Positions 30,527 through 40,806 of a DNA stretch of 58,147 nt are shown here, piece after piece. Source of the stretch: Dehalococcoidia bacterium (GTDB lineage Bacteria > Chloroflexota > Dehalococcoidia > DSTF01 > RBG-16-68-14). Positions within the stretch are counted from its first letter, which is position 1; each line of letters starts with the position of its first letter. The position numbers were made by a program, and so were the translations under genes. The notes below the pieces were generated by a model. That model worked only from the letters and a program-made list of their open reading frames with translations. It was not told the origin of the DNA and made no database searches. Where the stretch lies: the NCBI GenBank assembly GCA_040882355.1, contig JBBEBM010000077.1, positions 1 to 58,147 on the forward strand, read 5' to 3'.

Positions 30527-31318
30527 CTAGGGGGCGCCAGAGCCGGTCGCGCGCCTCTGCACTCGCCGGACGGTCTCGATGAACGCCGCGGAGCGCACAT
30601 CGCGGTCCAGCGCGAAGTGGATGGCGTCCCGCAGGTGGCGCTCCAGCTCCGCGCCCAGGTCCGGCGCGACGCGCACGCGGGTCACATCGCCGAAGTTTCC
30701 GCCCTGGAGCAGCCGGAGCAGCTTGAGCGCGTTCACGGACAGCGGGCGAAGCGCGGTCCCTTCCGGCTCACAGCGCGGGCAGACGACGCCGCCCGCGCCC
30801 GGCGCCCAGGAGTTGTCCTCCGGCTCCAGGCGCTGAGTGCAGACGACGCATTGCCCGAGCTCCGGCTTGTAGCCGAGCAGCGAGAGCACCGACATCTCGA
30901 AAAAGCGCAACGCCAGGTCGAGGTCGTCCTGGTCGGCGAGGCGGCGGAGCGTGTCGAGCAGCAGCCGGTAGAGCGCAAAGTTCTCGGCGCGGTCCTCAGT
31001 GAAGCGATCGACCAGCTCGGCGGCATAGAGGGCCTTGCTCAGTCGAGTGAGGTCGTCTCGCAGCGGCTTGAACGTCTCGATGGTCTGCGCCTGCGTCACG
31101 ATATCGAGGTTGCGCCCCTGGGCGAGCATGAACGAGCCGTGGTTGAGCGGCTCGACCTGCCCGGCCAGGCGGCTCGTCACGCGTCGCACGCCCTTCGCGA
31201 CGGCGTCCAGCTTGCCGTAGTTGGCGCTGTAGAGCGTGACGATCTTGTCCGCGTCGCCCAGCCTGCGCTGGCGGAGCACGATGGCTGGGGTCTTGTAGAC
31301 GCGCGGTGGTTGGGGCAC
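30527..31318 (-). CDS. recO: DNA repair protein RecO
   Basis: AIVLRQRRLGDADKIVTLYS..GKLDAVAKGVRR; GYKPELGQCVVC..GGVVCPRC. Confidence 0.93.
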   Translation of the reverse strand: MPQPPRVYKTPAIVLRQRRLGDADKIVTLYSANYGKLDAVAKGVRRVTSRLAGQVEPLNHGSFMLAQGRNLDIVTQAQTIETFKPLRDDLTRLSKALYAAELVDRFTEDRAENFALYRLLLDTLRRLADQDDLDLALRFFEMSVLSLLGYKPELGQCVVCTQRLEPEDNSWAPGAGGVVCPRCEPEGTALRPLSVNALKLLRLLQGGNFGDVTRVRVAPDLGAELERHLRDAIHFALDRDVRSAAFIETVRRVQRRATGSGAP

Positions 31319-31324
31319 GCTCGT

Positions 31325-31744
31325 CTATGCTCGGCCTAAGTAGAAGCGACGGCGCGTCCGAGAAGTGTCATGGTGCAAAGCGAAGTCGAAATACAGGAAG
31401 AAGTCACGACCCAACAGGCTACCGGCAGTCTTCGACAGTCCAGGAACGATTCCCATGGTGAGTTCAACGGCTCCCTCATCGTCGCGAAGGCCCTGAACTC
31501 GGATGTCCACCGATGACCAGGCCACGGGACCTGTGGACCCGCTTACACCGCCGAGCGTGCCGAAACGCTCCGGTGCCAGGAGCAGCGGTCTCGCCAGATC
31601 AGCATCAAGGAGGCTCACGTCGGCGCCTGTGTCGAGGAGGGCCTCTGTCAAGATGGAAGGCGCAAGCGGAGAAGGGTTAGCGACGCGGATCGGAATGATG
31701 GGTCGCTCAGCATGTGAGAACTCGTGCTCAAGATTCAAAGCCAT
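31325..31744 (-). CDS. Retropepsin-like aspartic protease
   Basis: RPIIPIRV..ALLDTGADVSLL..LGGVSG..LLGRDFF; overlaps the upstream ORF by 10 nt. Confidence 0.8.
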   Translation of the reverse strand: MALNLEHEFSHAERPIIPIRVANPSPLAPSILTEALLDTGADVSLLDADLARPLLLAPERFGTLGGVSGSTGPVAWSSVDIRVQGLRDDEGAVELTMGIVPGLSKTAGSLLGRDFFLYFDFALHHDTSRTRRRFYLGRA

Positions 31745-32064
31745 TGCGGCACCACAGGCATCTTGCGCAGTCTTCGGGGCCGAAACGCCGTGACGAACGG
31801 GTCTGTCGCTCCCGACGCCTGAGCCTGCCTCAGCGCGGTAGAAAGCCGAACTCCCGAACCGACGACGGCCTTCTTCGATACCGCGATCCACCGCCCGGCG
31901 TATTTGTCCTCTAGCTCGTCGCGGTGCGCTTGCACCCATAACCAGTCGGTCGGGAGCAAGGGGGATCTCGTTGCTGCAGAAGGGGGGCGCTTGGCACTTG
32001 TCCCCGGTTCGTATTGAGTTCGCACGTCTCGTACCCGTTTCGCGCGGCGCTTGTCTGGACTCAT
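31735..32064 (-). CDS. DUF5678-like small protein
   Basis: WVQAHRDELEDKYAGRWIAVSKKAVVGSG matches my recollection of the DUF5678 pattern; SD GAGG. Confidence 0.65.
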   Translation of the reverse strand: MSPDKRRAKRVRDVRTQYEPGTSAKRPPSAATRSPLLPTDWLWVQAHRDELEDKYAGRWIAVSKKAVVGSGVRLSTALRQAQASGATDPFVTAFRPRRLRKMPVVPQWL

Positions 32065-32067
32065 TCC

Positions 32068-32697
32068 TCACACCTCCTGGCGGTTCTCGAGCGCCCGGGC
32101 GAGCGTCACATCGTCGGCGTACTCGAGGTCCGCGCCGACGGGCAGGCCGCGGGCGAGGCGGGTCACACGCAACCCCATCGGCGTGACGAGGCGGCTCACG
32201 TACATCGCGGTTGCTTCGCCCTCCAGGTTGGGGTTCGTCGCCATGATCACTTCCCGCACCGAGCCGTTCTTCAGCCGCGCGACGAGCTCAGCCAGCTTCA
32301 GGTCCTCCGGCCCGATGCCGTCCATGGGCGAGATGGCGCCGTGCAGTACGTGATAGAGCCCGCGATAGCCGCCGGCGCGTTCGAGCGCCAGGATGTCGAG
32401 CGGCTCCTCGACGACGCAGATGATGGAGGGATCACGCTGCGAATCGGTGCAGAGCAGGCAGGGGTCCGTCTCCGTGACGTTCTGACAGGTGGAGCAGAGC
32501 GTGATCTTCTCTTTGAGCTCGAGGACGGCCTCGGCGAGGGCGCGAGCCTCGCTTTCGGGGGCGCGCAGCAGGTGGTACGTGAGCCGCTGGGCGCTCTTCG
32601 GACCGATACCGGGCAACCGGTGAAAGGCCTCGATCAGCCGCGCAACCGGGCCCGCGATGGCGGATGGTCGGCCCGCCAGGGGAGCGCCTTCGTTCAA
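32068..32697 (-). CDS. recR: Recombination mediator RecR
   Basis: LPGIGPKSAQRL, CSTC..CLLC, YHVLHGAISPMDGIGP, ATNPNLEGEATA, GADLEYAD. Confidence 0.96.
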   Translation of the reverse strand: MNEGAPLAGRPSAIAGPVARLIEAFHRLPGIGPKSAQRLTYHLLRAPESEARALAEAVLELKEKITLCSTCQNVTETDPCLLCTDSQRDPSIICVVEEPLDILALERAGGYRGLYHVLHGAISPMDGIGPEDLKLAELVARLKNGSVREVIMATNPNLEGEATAMYVSRLVTPMGLRVTRLARGLPVGADLEYADDVTLARALENRQEV

Positions 32698-32709
32698 CGC
32701 TCGACAGTC

Positions 32710-33021
32710 CTAGCGGCCGAGGTTGATGCCGAACTGCCCGGCCAGGCCGGCGACCTGCTGCATCTGGAGTCCCTGTACCTTCTGGAGCGCCTCGTTCAGC
32801 GCCGCCGTCACCAGGTCTTCGAGCATTTCGACGTCCTCCGGGTCGACTACTTCCTGCGCAATCTTAAGCGACTGCACCTGAAGTCCGCCCGTGATGCTGA
32901 CGCTCACCGCGCCACCGCCGGACGTGCCGTCGACGATCTGCTCGGTCAGCTCCTGCTGCGCTTTCATTGCGCGCTCCTGCATCTGCTGCAGGCGGGCCAT
33001 CATGTCGCGGTTCATTCCCAT
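32710..33021 (-). CDS. ybaB: YbaB/EbfC nucleoid-associated protein
   Basis: [30 protein letters not shown]; dnaX-ybaB-recR synteny. Confidence 0.93.
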   Translation of the reverse strand: MGMNRDMMARLQQMQERAMKAQQELTEQIVDGTSGGGAVSVSITGGLQVQSLKIAQEVVDPEDVEMLEDLVTAALNEALQKVQGLQMQQVAGLAGQFGINLGR

Positions 33022-33032
33022 AGGTGGCCTCC

Positions 33033-34718
<1,686 letters not shown>

Positions 34719-34784
34719 GTCTCATGGATAAGTTGGCGAGTCGGGTCACGGAATCGGCCCAGTATAGCACGGAGCCTTCGCGGC

Positions 34785-35249
34785 TCAATGGGTCGCACGG
34801 CCCAGCAGCGCCTCCTCCCGGGCGCGCATGAGACGCGCCTCTTTCGGCGACTCGTGGTCGTGGCCCAGGAGGTGGAGCAGGCCGTGCACGAGCAAGTGCG
34901 CCAGCTCCTCGTCGATGCCGTGGCTGGCCTCGTCGGCCTGGCGGGCGGCGGTCGGGTACGAGATAACGATCTCGCCGAGGGAGCGGACGCTGCCCGGCGG
35001 CGAGACGAAGTTCGCATCGTCATCGAGACTGAAGGAGAGCACGTCCGTCGGCACGTCGATTCCCCGGTATCGCTGGTTCAGCGCTTGCACGTGGGCGTCG
35101 TCGGTGATGGCGACGCTGACTTCCGCCGGCGGCACGACGCCCTCCGAGTCGAGCGTTCGTTGCGTCAGCGCCATCAGCGGGCGTCGCCTGACACGTCTCG
35201 AGAAGGCAGGTTCGACGTTCATGACGGTGCGATACTGGGGCGGTGTCAT
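34785..35249 (-). CDS. ybeY: rRNA maturation RNase YbeY
   Basis: LNQRYRGIDVPTDVLSF, LGEIVIS, HGLLHLLGHDH. Confidence 0.93.
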   Translation of the reverse strand: MTPPQYRTVMNVEPAFSRRVRRRPLMALTQRTLDSEGVVPPAEVSVAITDDAHVQALNQRYRGIDVPTDVLSFSLDDDANFVSPPGSVRSLGEIVISYPTAARQADEASHGIDEELAHLLVHGLLHLLGHDHESPKEARLMRAREEALLGRATH

Positions 35250-35349
35250 CGGGCCAGGATAGCACGCGTGCTTCCGTAGCTTGACGCTCGCAACGAGTCT
35301 GCTACGCTGCATGTGGTCTGAGCAGATGGCAGGAGAAGGAGGTCTTCGC

Positions 35350-36015
35350 ATGCTCCCTACGCTTCGACTCGCACTCTTCGCACTCGCTTCGGCGCTGTTC
35401 GTAACGCTCCTCCTGGGAGCAGGCGCGGTTTCGGCGCAGACGACGGTCAACGTCACCATGACCGATCCGATCACCAGCACCGAGTTCGACCTGACGGTCG
35501 ACACCACAAGCGCTCCTGAGGGAGAAGTGACGTTCGCGGTCAGCAACGCCGGCGGCATCGGTCACGACTTCCTGGTGATCGATACCGACTTGCCGGCGAA
35601 TCAGCTCCCGATCGTGGCGGCCACGAACTCGGTGGACCTGAGCCAGGTGGATGTTGCGGGGAGCACTCCAGTGATTCCAGGGGGCGGGAGCGACACGCTG
35701 ACGCTGAACCTCACCGCCGGCAGTTACATTCTCCTCTGCAACGTCCCCGGCCACTGGTCCAACATGAACGCCGCGTTCCAGGTGACCGGCAGCACGACGC
35801 CGACGACGCCCGCAGCTCAGCCGACTGACGACGGGAGCACGCCGGCGCCCGGCACCACGCCCAGCGCGACGACGCAGGTGACGGGGCTCGGCGACACGGG
35901 GCGCGGGCCGGATGGCGGCTCCGATGGCGGCGCCTGGTGGGCGCTCGTGTCGCTCGCGGCAGCGGGCGCTGCGTTCGTGGCCCTGGGCGCTCTCACGCTC
36001 CGAAGGGCCCGCTAG
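35350..36015 (+). CDS. Exported cupredoxin (type-1 copper) with C-terminal anchor
   Basis: Signal peptide; GHDF ... LCNVPGHWSNM ligands; P/T linker; LGDTG followed by a TM helix and RRAR. Confidence 0.8.
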   Translation: MLPTLRLALFALASALFVTLLLGAGAVSAQTTVNVTMTDPITSTEFDLTVDTTSAPEGEVTFAVSNAGGIGHDFLVIDTDLPANQLPIVAATNSVDLSQVDVAGSTPVIPGGGSDTLTLNLTAGSYILLCNVPGHWSNMNAAFQVTGSTTPTTPAAQPTDDGSTPAPGTTPSATTQVTGLGDTGRGPDGGSDGGAWWALVSLAAAGAAFVALGALTLRRAR

Positions 36016-36081
36016 CCGGCAGATCGTCCTGCGATCCGGACCCCTCCCTTCGCGCGTACCAAGACGAAGGGAGGGTCTCGC

Positions 36082-36705
36082 ATGATCACACGACCGCGCA
36101 TCGGCTTTCTATTGCTCCTGCCGGCCATCGTGGCGCTGTTCGCGCTGACGACGATTTCGGTCTCGGCGCAGGAAACGGTGACTGTCGACGTCGGCGACAC
36201 CTACTTCTGCGATTCGTCATTCCAGGGCGGCGTCTGCACGACGACCATCAACGCGGGTGATACGGTGGCCTGGGACTTTGGCGGCGCCAGTCTGGCGCAT
36301 TCCGCCACCGATTGCGGAGGAGGCTGCTCGAGCCCCAGCGGATCGCCGGCCTTCAACTCCGGCATCGTCTCGAACGGGAGCGCTTACCAGCACACCTTCG
36401 ATTCGCCCGGTACGTACGCCTACTACTGCCAGGTGCACGGCGCGAGCGTCATGCAGGGCGAGATCGTCGTTCAGGGCGCGTCGCAGCAGCCGACGACGAG
36501 CCCGACAACCCCGCCTGCTACGACACCCGGCGGCGCGGCAGGTGGTGCGACCGCAACGCCCGGGACGATCACCGCGCCGACGACGGGTGGTGCCACGCCG
36601 AGCGACTCGACCGATGGCTGGTGGCTGCTGGCCTTGCTTGCTGGGTCCGGCGCCTCCCTGACCGGCCTGGGCGCCCTGGCCTACCGGATGCGTCGTCACA
36701 CATAG
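36082..36705 (+). CDS. Exported plastocyanin/azurin-like cupredoxin with C-terminal anchor
   Basis: Signal peptide; AHSAT ... PGTYAYYCQVHGASVMQG; APTTG followed by a TM helix and RMRRH. Confidence 0.82.
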   Translation: MITRPRIGFLLLLPAIVALFALTTISVSAQETVTVDVGDTYFCDSSFQGGVCTTTINAGDTVAWDFGGASLAHSATDCGGGCSSPSGSPAFNSGIVSNGSAYQHTFDSPGTYAYYCQVHGASVMQGEIVVQGASQQPTTSPTTPPATTPGGAAGGATATPGTITAPTTGGATPSDSTDGWWLLALLAGSGASLTGLGALAYRMRRHT

Positions 36706-36743
36706 CCCTGCCTCCGCCGCTGCCAGGCCGTAGCGGTTCGTCG

Positions 36744-36777
36744 CGATGAGGGCCCCGACATCGCGGGGCCCTCATCG
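36744..36777. terminator. Hairpin between convergent genes
   Basis: CGATGAGGGCCCCG / CGGGGCCCTCATCG, a perfect 14-bp stem. Confidence 0.6.
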
Positions 36778-36797
36778 ATCGCTGTTGGAAAGCTGAG

Positions 36798-37496
36798 CTA
36801 ACGTGTCTTGGCGGCGACGGGCGCGCCGCGGGCGCGGACGCGTTCGGCTGCGGACAGGCCGAGCACGACGCGCCGGCCGTCGTCGAACTCCAGCGTCATT
36901 GTCGAGTTGTACGATGCGACCTCGGCGACGCGGAAGCGGGTGCCCGGTGTGATGCCGTTGTGCTGGAGGAAGCGCATCAGGTCGGCGTCCTCCTCCGCGT
37001 CCTCCTGGACGCCGTCCACCTCACGCTCCTCGCCCTCCGCGAGCGCTGCGATGAGCACCGTCGGCGCCTTGGGCAGGCCGGGGAAGGGGTTGCCGTGCGG
37101 GCAGGTCGTCGGGTTGCCGAGGATCGCCATGATGCGCTCCTCGACGAGCGGCGAAACGGCGTGCTCGATGCGGTGCGCTTCCTCGTGCGACTCCGCCCAA
37201 TCGAGGCCGAGGATGTCGACGAGCAGACGCTCTGCGAGGAAGTGGCGCCGCTTGATCGATTCGGCGGCTTCGGTGCCGTGTTCGGTGAGGAGCACCTCGT
37301 GATGCTCGTCGAGCGTCACGAGGCCGTCGCGCTGCATGCGTTGGAGCGTCGCCCAGGCGGTCGGCGCCGAGACGCCGATGCGCTCCGCCAGCCGCGCGGC
37401 GATGACGCTCTTGCTCTGTTCCTGCAGGTCGTAGATCTCCTGCAGGTAGTCCTCGACGGTGGCGGTGGGACGGTCGATGGCGTGCTTCATTACCAT
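36798..37496 (-). CDS. DtxR/MntR family metal-dependent repressor with FeoA-like domain
   Basis: EDYLQEIY, RRHFLAERLL, HEEAHRIEH, PTTCPHGNPFP. Confidence 0.92.
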   Translation of the reverse strand: MVMKHAIDRPTATVEDYLQEIYDLQEQSKSVIAARLAERIGVSAPTAWATLQRMQRDGLVTLDEHHEVLLTEHGTEAAESIKRRHFLAERLLVDILGLDWAESHEEAHRIEHAVSPLVEERIMAILGNPTTCPHGNPFPGLPKAPTVLIAALAEGEEREVDGVQEDAEEDADLMRFLQHNGITPGTRFRVAEVASYNSTMTLEFDDGRRVVLGLSAAERVRARGAPVAAKTR

Positions 37497-37552
37497 GTTC
37501 TTCGGGCCTCCGCGAAGTCGCGTGCCTATTGTAGCAGACCCAGCGGGCGGAC

Positions 37553-37601
37553 GTAGGGCGGCCTTTGGGTTGCCCTGGGCGGGTTTGAAACCCGCCCCTA
37601 C
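37553..37601. repeat. Inverted REP doublet (REPIN-like)
   Basis: GTAGGGCGGCCTTTGGGTTGCCCT followed by GGGCGGGTTTGAAACCCGCCC-CTAC; the second unit is nearly identical to 3758-3782. Confidence 0.65.
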
Positions 37602-37611
37602 GGCGCTGCGA

Positions 37612-38277
37612 TCACAGTTCGACCGGCTCCCGCGATGCGAAGCGGTAGATCTGCGCCGGGCGGCCCGCTCGTTCCGCGCGACGTTCGCCGGTGGCGACGA
37701 TGATGCCCAGCGAGAGCATCCGCTTGCGGAAGTTTCGCTTGTCCAGCGGGCGTCCCAGGATGCTCTCGTAGACGCGCTGGAGCTGGCTCAGGGTGAAGCG
37801 CTCCGGCAGCAGGCTGTAGGCGACGTTCGTGTACTCGAGCTTGTTCTGGAGGCGGCCGAGCGCGTAGTTCAGCACGTGCTCGTTGCGGAAGGCGAGCGGC
37901 GGCAGGTCGCGGATGCTGAACCACGCCGGCTGCCACTCGATGCGCTCCGCCAGCCGCACCCGCTGGTCGTCGACGAGGGCGAAGTAGGCGACGGCGACCG
38001 CGCCGCCCGGCGTCACGTCGTCGAGGTCGCTGAAGGTGTAAAGCTGCTCCAGGAAGACGTCGCGGACGCCGGTCTCGTCCTCCAGCTTGCGGACGGCGGC
38101 GTCGAGGAGCGCTTCGCCGGGCTGGAGGAGGCCGCCCGGTATCGCCCAGCGCTCCTTGTACGGCTCGCCGCTGCGATGGATGAGCAGCGCCCGGAGCTCG
38201 CCGTCCACGACGGTGAAGATGACGACGAGGACGGAGATGAGGGGGGAGGGAGTTTGGCTACTGGGTGCTGCTGCCAT
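37612..38277 (-). CDS. NrtR family Nudix-wHTH transcriptional regulator
   Basis: WAIPGG, LEDETG, LEQLYTF, LPERFTLSQLQRVYE, DKRNFRKR, GRPAQIYRF. Confidence 0.88.
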   Translation of the reverse strand: MAAAPSSQTPSPLISVLVVIFTVVDGELRALLIHRSGEPYKERWAIPGGLLQPGEALLDAAVRKLEDETGVRDVFLEQLYTFSDLDDVTPGGAVAVAYFALVDDQRVRLAERIEWQPAWFSIRDLPPLAFRNEHVLNYALGRLQNKLEYTNVAYSLLPERFTLSQLQRVYESILGRPLDKRNFRKRMLSLGIIVATGERRAERAGRPAQIYRFASREPVEL

Positions 38278-38313
38278 GGGACTGCGCTTCACCTCAATCA
38301 CTGGGACGCGCGT

Positions 38314-38658
38314 CTACGTATCGAGGAGCGCCACTTCCAGCGCGGCTATCACCGGCGGCAGATCGCGGTTGACAATCTCCCAGACGATGTCCAGGTGCAC
38401 GCTGAAGTATCCGTGAATTAGGCGGTCCCGGGTAGCTGCCATTTGTGTCCACGGGATCTGAGGATACGTCGCCTTCGTCTCCGTCGACACGCCTTTGGCG
38501 GCCTCGCCTAGAATCTCGAGGAGATGGGTCGGTGCCAGCGCGCGCATCTCATCGGCCTTCAGATCGGCTAGGGCCAAGCCCTCAATGAGCGAGCTGGCCT
38601 TCTGCGCCGCCTCTAGCATGTGCCTGAGCCGGTCGCTATCGGTCCGGGCCAAACACAA
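38314..38658 (-). CDS. HEPN/DUF86 (HepT-like) ribonuclease toxin
   Basis: RLRHMLEAA, LEILGEAA, IPWTQMAATRDRLIHGYF (RX4H). Confidence 0.88.
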   Translation of the reverse strand: MCLARTDSDRLRHMLEAAQKASSLIEGLALADLKADEMRALAPTHLLEILGEAAKGVSTETKATYPQIPWTQMAATRDRLIHGYFSVHLDIVWEIVNRDLPPVIAALEVALLDT

Positions 38659-38941
38659 CCTCCGCCTCGGCCTCCACCTTGCTTAGGATGTGCGGACTCA
38701 GAAACCGGGGGGTATTGAGATCGACCTTCCGTCCCAGGACCTGAGATAGCTTCACCTCGATATCGAAGAAGGCGAAACCGGGGGTGTGCCCTTCCTCGAA
38801 CTCGACGAGCACGTCGAGGTCGCTGTCGCGCCGAAGCTCTCCGCGCACAGCGGAGCCGAAGAGCGCCAGCCGCCGGATGTGGTGGCGGCGGCAAAGGTCG
38901 GCGACTGCCCTGTCTGGCAAGTGGAGGTCGTTCACGTGCAT
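38636..38941 (-). CDS. Minimal nucleotidyltransferase (MntA-like) antitoxin
   Basis: LALFGSAVRGE..DSDLDVLVEF, LGRKVDL; overlaps the HEPN gene. Confidence 0.88.
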   Translation of the reverse strand: MHVNDLHLPDRAVADLCRRHHIRRLALFGSAVRGELRRDSDLDVLVEFEEGHTPGFAFFDIEVKLSQVLGRKVDLNTPRFLSPHILSKVEAEAEVVFGPDR

Positions 38942-39030
38942 CGTACAGGCATCATAGCGCCCGTCGCGCGCTGCTGGGTAGCTCGCGGAACGCCTCTGGC
39001 TAGCTGCCGACCCCACCCCCTCCCGCCGGT

Positions 39031-40368
39031 CTAGGGCAGCGTTTCGGCAATCCCGTCCACTGCCGTACCCACCAGCGACCAGGGGCTCGTGCGGTCGATG
39101 CGGACGGTGGTGAGGGCGCCGGGCCGGGCGGCGCCCGGAGCGAGGCCGTCGGCTGCGAAGTGGACGAGCTTGTTGCCGCGCGTGCGGCCGTAGAGCGCGG
39201 GCTCGCCGTCGTGACCGGGCTTTCGGCCTTCGACGAGCACTTCGACCTGCTGGCCGAGGAGGCGGCTGTTGATACGCGCGCTGATCTCGGCCTCGAGCTG
39301 CTCGACGGCGTGGAGGCGCGCCATCTTCGTCGCCTGGGGCACGTCGTCCTCCAGCTTGCGGTAGGCGATCGTGCCGGGGCGCGGCGAGTAGGCGGCGACG
39401 TGCACCTTGTCGTACTGCAGCTCGGCGAGCAGGTCGTAGCTGTGCTGGAACTCGGCGTCCGTCTCGCCGCAGAAGCCGACGATGACGTCGGTCGTGATCG
39501 CGGCGTCCGGCATGTAGCGCCGGATCAGGTCGACCTTCTCCCGGTACTCCTCGATGGTGTAGCCGCGGCGCATGCGGTCGAGGACGGCGTTGTCGCCCGA
39601 CTGCACGGGGATGTTGAAGTACTCGCAGACCTTGGGCAGCCCGGCGACGGCATCGATGATGCGCTCCGTCATGTCCTTCGGGTAGGACGTGAGGAAGCGC
39701 AGCCGCGCGATGCCCTCGATGTCGTGCAGCGCCCGCAGCAGGTCGCCGAGGTCTGGCGGTCGGGCGGCGTCCGCCTCAGGCGGAAGGTCGTGGCCGTAGG
39801 CCTCGACGGTTTGGCCGAGCAGCGTCACCTCGCGCACGCCGCGCGCCGCCAGGTGCTCGACTTCGGCTCGAACGTCATCGACCGTGCGGCTGCGCTCGCG
39901 ACCGCGGCGGTAGGGGACGATGCAATAGGTGCAGAACTTGTCGCAGCCGTGGACGACGGGCACGTAAGCGGTGGGGCTGTCGGGCGCGGCGAAGGTGTCG
40001 GGCCAGAACTCGCCGCCCAGGTCGTCGTAGCCGACGGCCTCGAGGATCGGTTCGAACTGCTGCGGACGGGCGAAGACGTCGACGTGCGGGAAACGGCGCT
40101 GGAGGTCGTCGGTCTTCAGGCCGACCATGCAGCCCATGACTGCGATCGTGAACTCGTTACCCTGACCGCGCAGCTTCTTGAGGGCGCCGAGCTTGCTGAT
40201 CGCGCGCTGCTCGGCGTGGTCGCGAATCGAGCAGGTGTTGAGCACGACGAGCTCCGCCTCGTCGGGGCCCGCCACCTCGCTCCAGCCGAGGCGGTCGAGG
40301 CCGGCGGCGAGCTTCTGCGAGTCCGCCTTGTTCATCTGACAGCCGACGGTCCAGATGTGGTAACGCAT
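39031..40368 (-). CDS. miaB: tRNA-2-methylthio-N6-dimethylallyladenosine synthase
   Basis: TVGCQMNKADS, NTCSIRDHAE, GCDKFCTYCIVP radical SAM motif, YSPRPGT, TRAM domain. Confidence 0.95.
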   Translation of the reverse strand: MRYHIWTVGCQMNKADSQKLAAGLDRLGWSEVAGPDEAELVVLNTCSIRDHAEQRAISKLGALKKLRGQGNEFTIAVMGCMVGLKTDDLQRRFPHVDVFARPQQFEPILEAVGYDDLGGEFWPDTFAAPDSPTAYVPVVHGCDKFCTYCIVPYRRGRERSRTVDDVRAEVEHLAARGVREVTLLGQTVEAYGHDLPPEADAARPPDLGDLLRALHDIEGIARLRFLTSYPKDMTERIIDAVAGLPKVCEYFNIPVQSGDNAVLDRMRRGYTIEEYREKVDLIRRYMPDAAITTDVIVGFCGETDAEFQHSYDLLAELQYDKVHVAAYSPRPGTIAYRKLEDDVPQATKMARLHAVEQLEAEISARINSRLLGQQVEVLVEGRKPGHDGEPALYGRTRGNKLVHFAADGLAPGAARPGALTTVRIDRTSPWSLVGTAVDGIAETLP

Positions 40369-40375
40369 AACCCCC

Positions 40376-40457
40376 TCTGGAAGCTAGAAGCTGGAGGCTA
40401 GAGGCTGGAACGGCGCTCGCCGCGCGGTTCCGGCTTCCAGCGTCCAGCGTCCAGCAT
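40376..40457. repeat. Short 7-nt tandem repeats in inverted arrangement
   Basis: (GCTAGAA/GCTGGAG/GCTAGAG/GCTGGAA) units facing (TCCAGCG)n units. Confidence 0.5.
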
Positions 40458-40470
40458 CGAGGTCAGGAAC

Positions 40471-40528
40471 TGGCGGAGGGAGTGGGATTCGCCCAGACGG
40501 GCGGCTGTCCGGCCGAACCCATGACCCA
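40471..40528 (-). repeat. Interrupted duplicate of the tRNA-Ser 3' end (att-like remnant)
   Basis: TGGCGGAGGGAGTGGGATTCG[24-nt insert]AACCCATGACCCA versus tRNA TGGCGGAGGGAATGGGATTCGAACCCATGACCCA. Confidence 0.75.
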
Positions 40529-40547
40529 CTCCGGGAATACGAACTGC

Positions 40548-40639
40548 TGGCGGAGGGAATGGGATTCGAACCCATGACCCAGGTTTCCCCAGGTAACCGC
40601 TTAGCAGGCGGCCGCACTAGACCTCTATGCGATCCCTCC
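40548..40639 (-). tRNA. tRNA-Ser (GCT)
   Basis: GGAGGGA acceptor stem, anticodon arm CCGC-CT-GCT-AA-GCGG, long variable arm, GGTTCGAATCC, discriminator G, encoded CCA. Confidence 0.97.
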
Positions 40640-40647
40640 AATAGGGC

Positions 40648-40676
40648 ATGGTAGCACGGGCCACCCGGCCTTTCAA
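40648..40676 (-). promoter_or_regulatory. Sigma70 promoter of tRNA-Ser
   Basis: TTGAAA-17 nt-TACCAT. Confidence 0.6.
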
Positions 40677-40723
40677 CGGGACGCGGGGCGCCGAAAAGGT
40701 TCGAGAATTCACACTCAGGGGTC

Positions 40724-40777
40724 TTGACAAGTCGCCTGCGCAATGGCATTATAGTGCCAGCAGAATGATGGCATCAG
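40724..40777 (+). promoter_or_regulatory. Promoter with candidate operator for the GNAT-RHH-DUF4097 operon
   Basis: TTGACA; near-palindrome TGGCAT-TAT-AGTGCCA over the -10 region, plus a further TGGCAT in TGATGGCATCA. Confidence 0.5.
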
Positions 40778-40806
40778 GCAGGCAACCGCGGAGAGGAGGG
40801 CCAGCG

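Noticed and set aside
40471..40528. Second or intron-containing tRNA gene
   Set aside because: Only the 3' third is present; there is no D or anticodon arm
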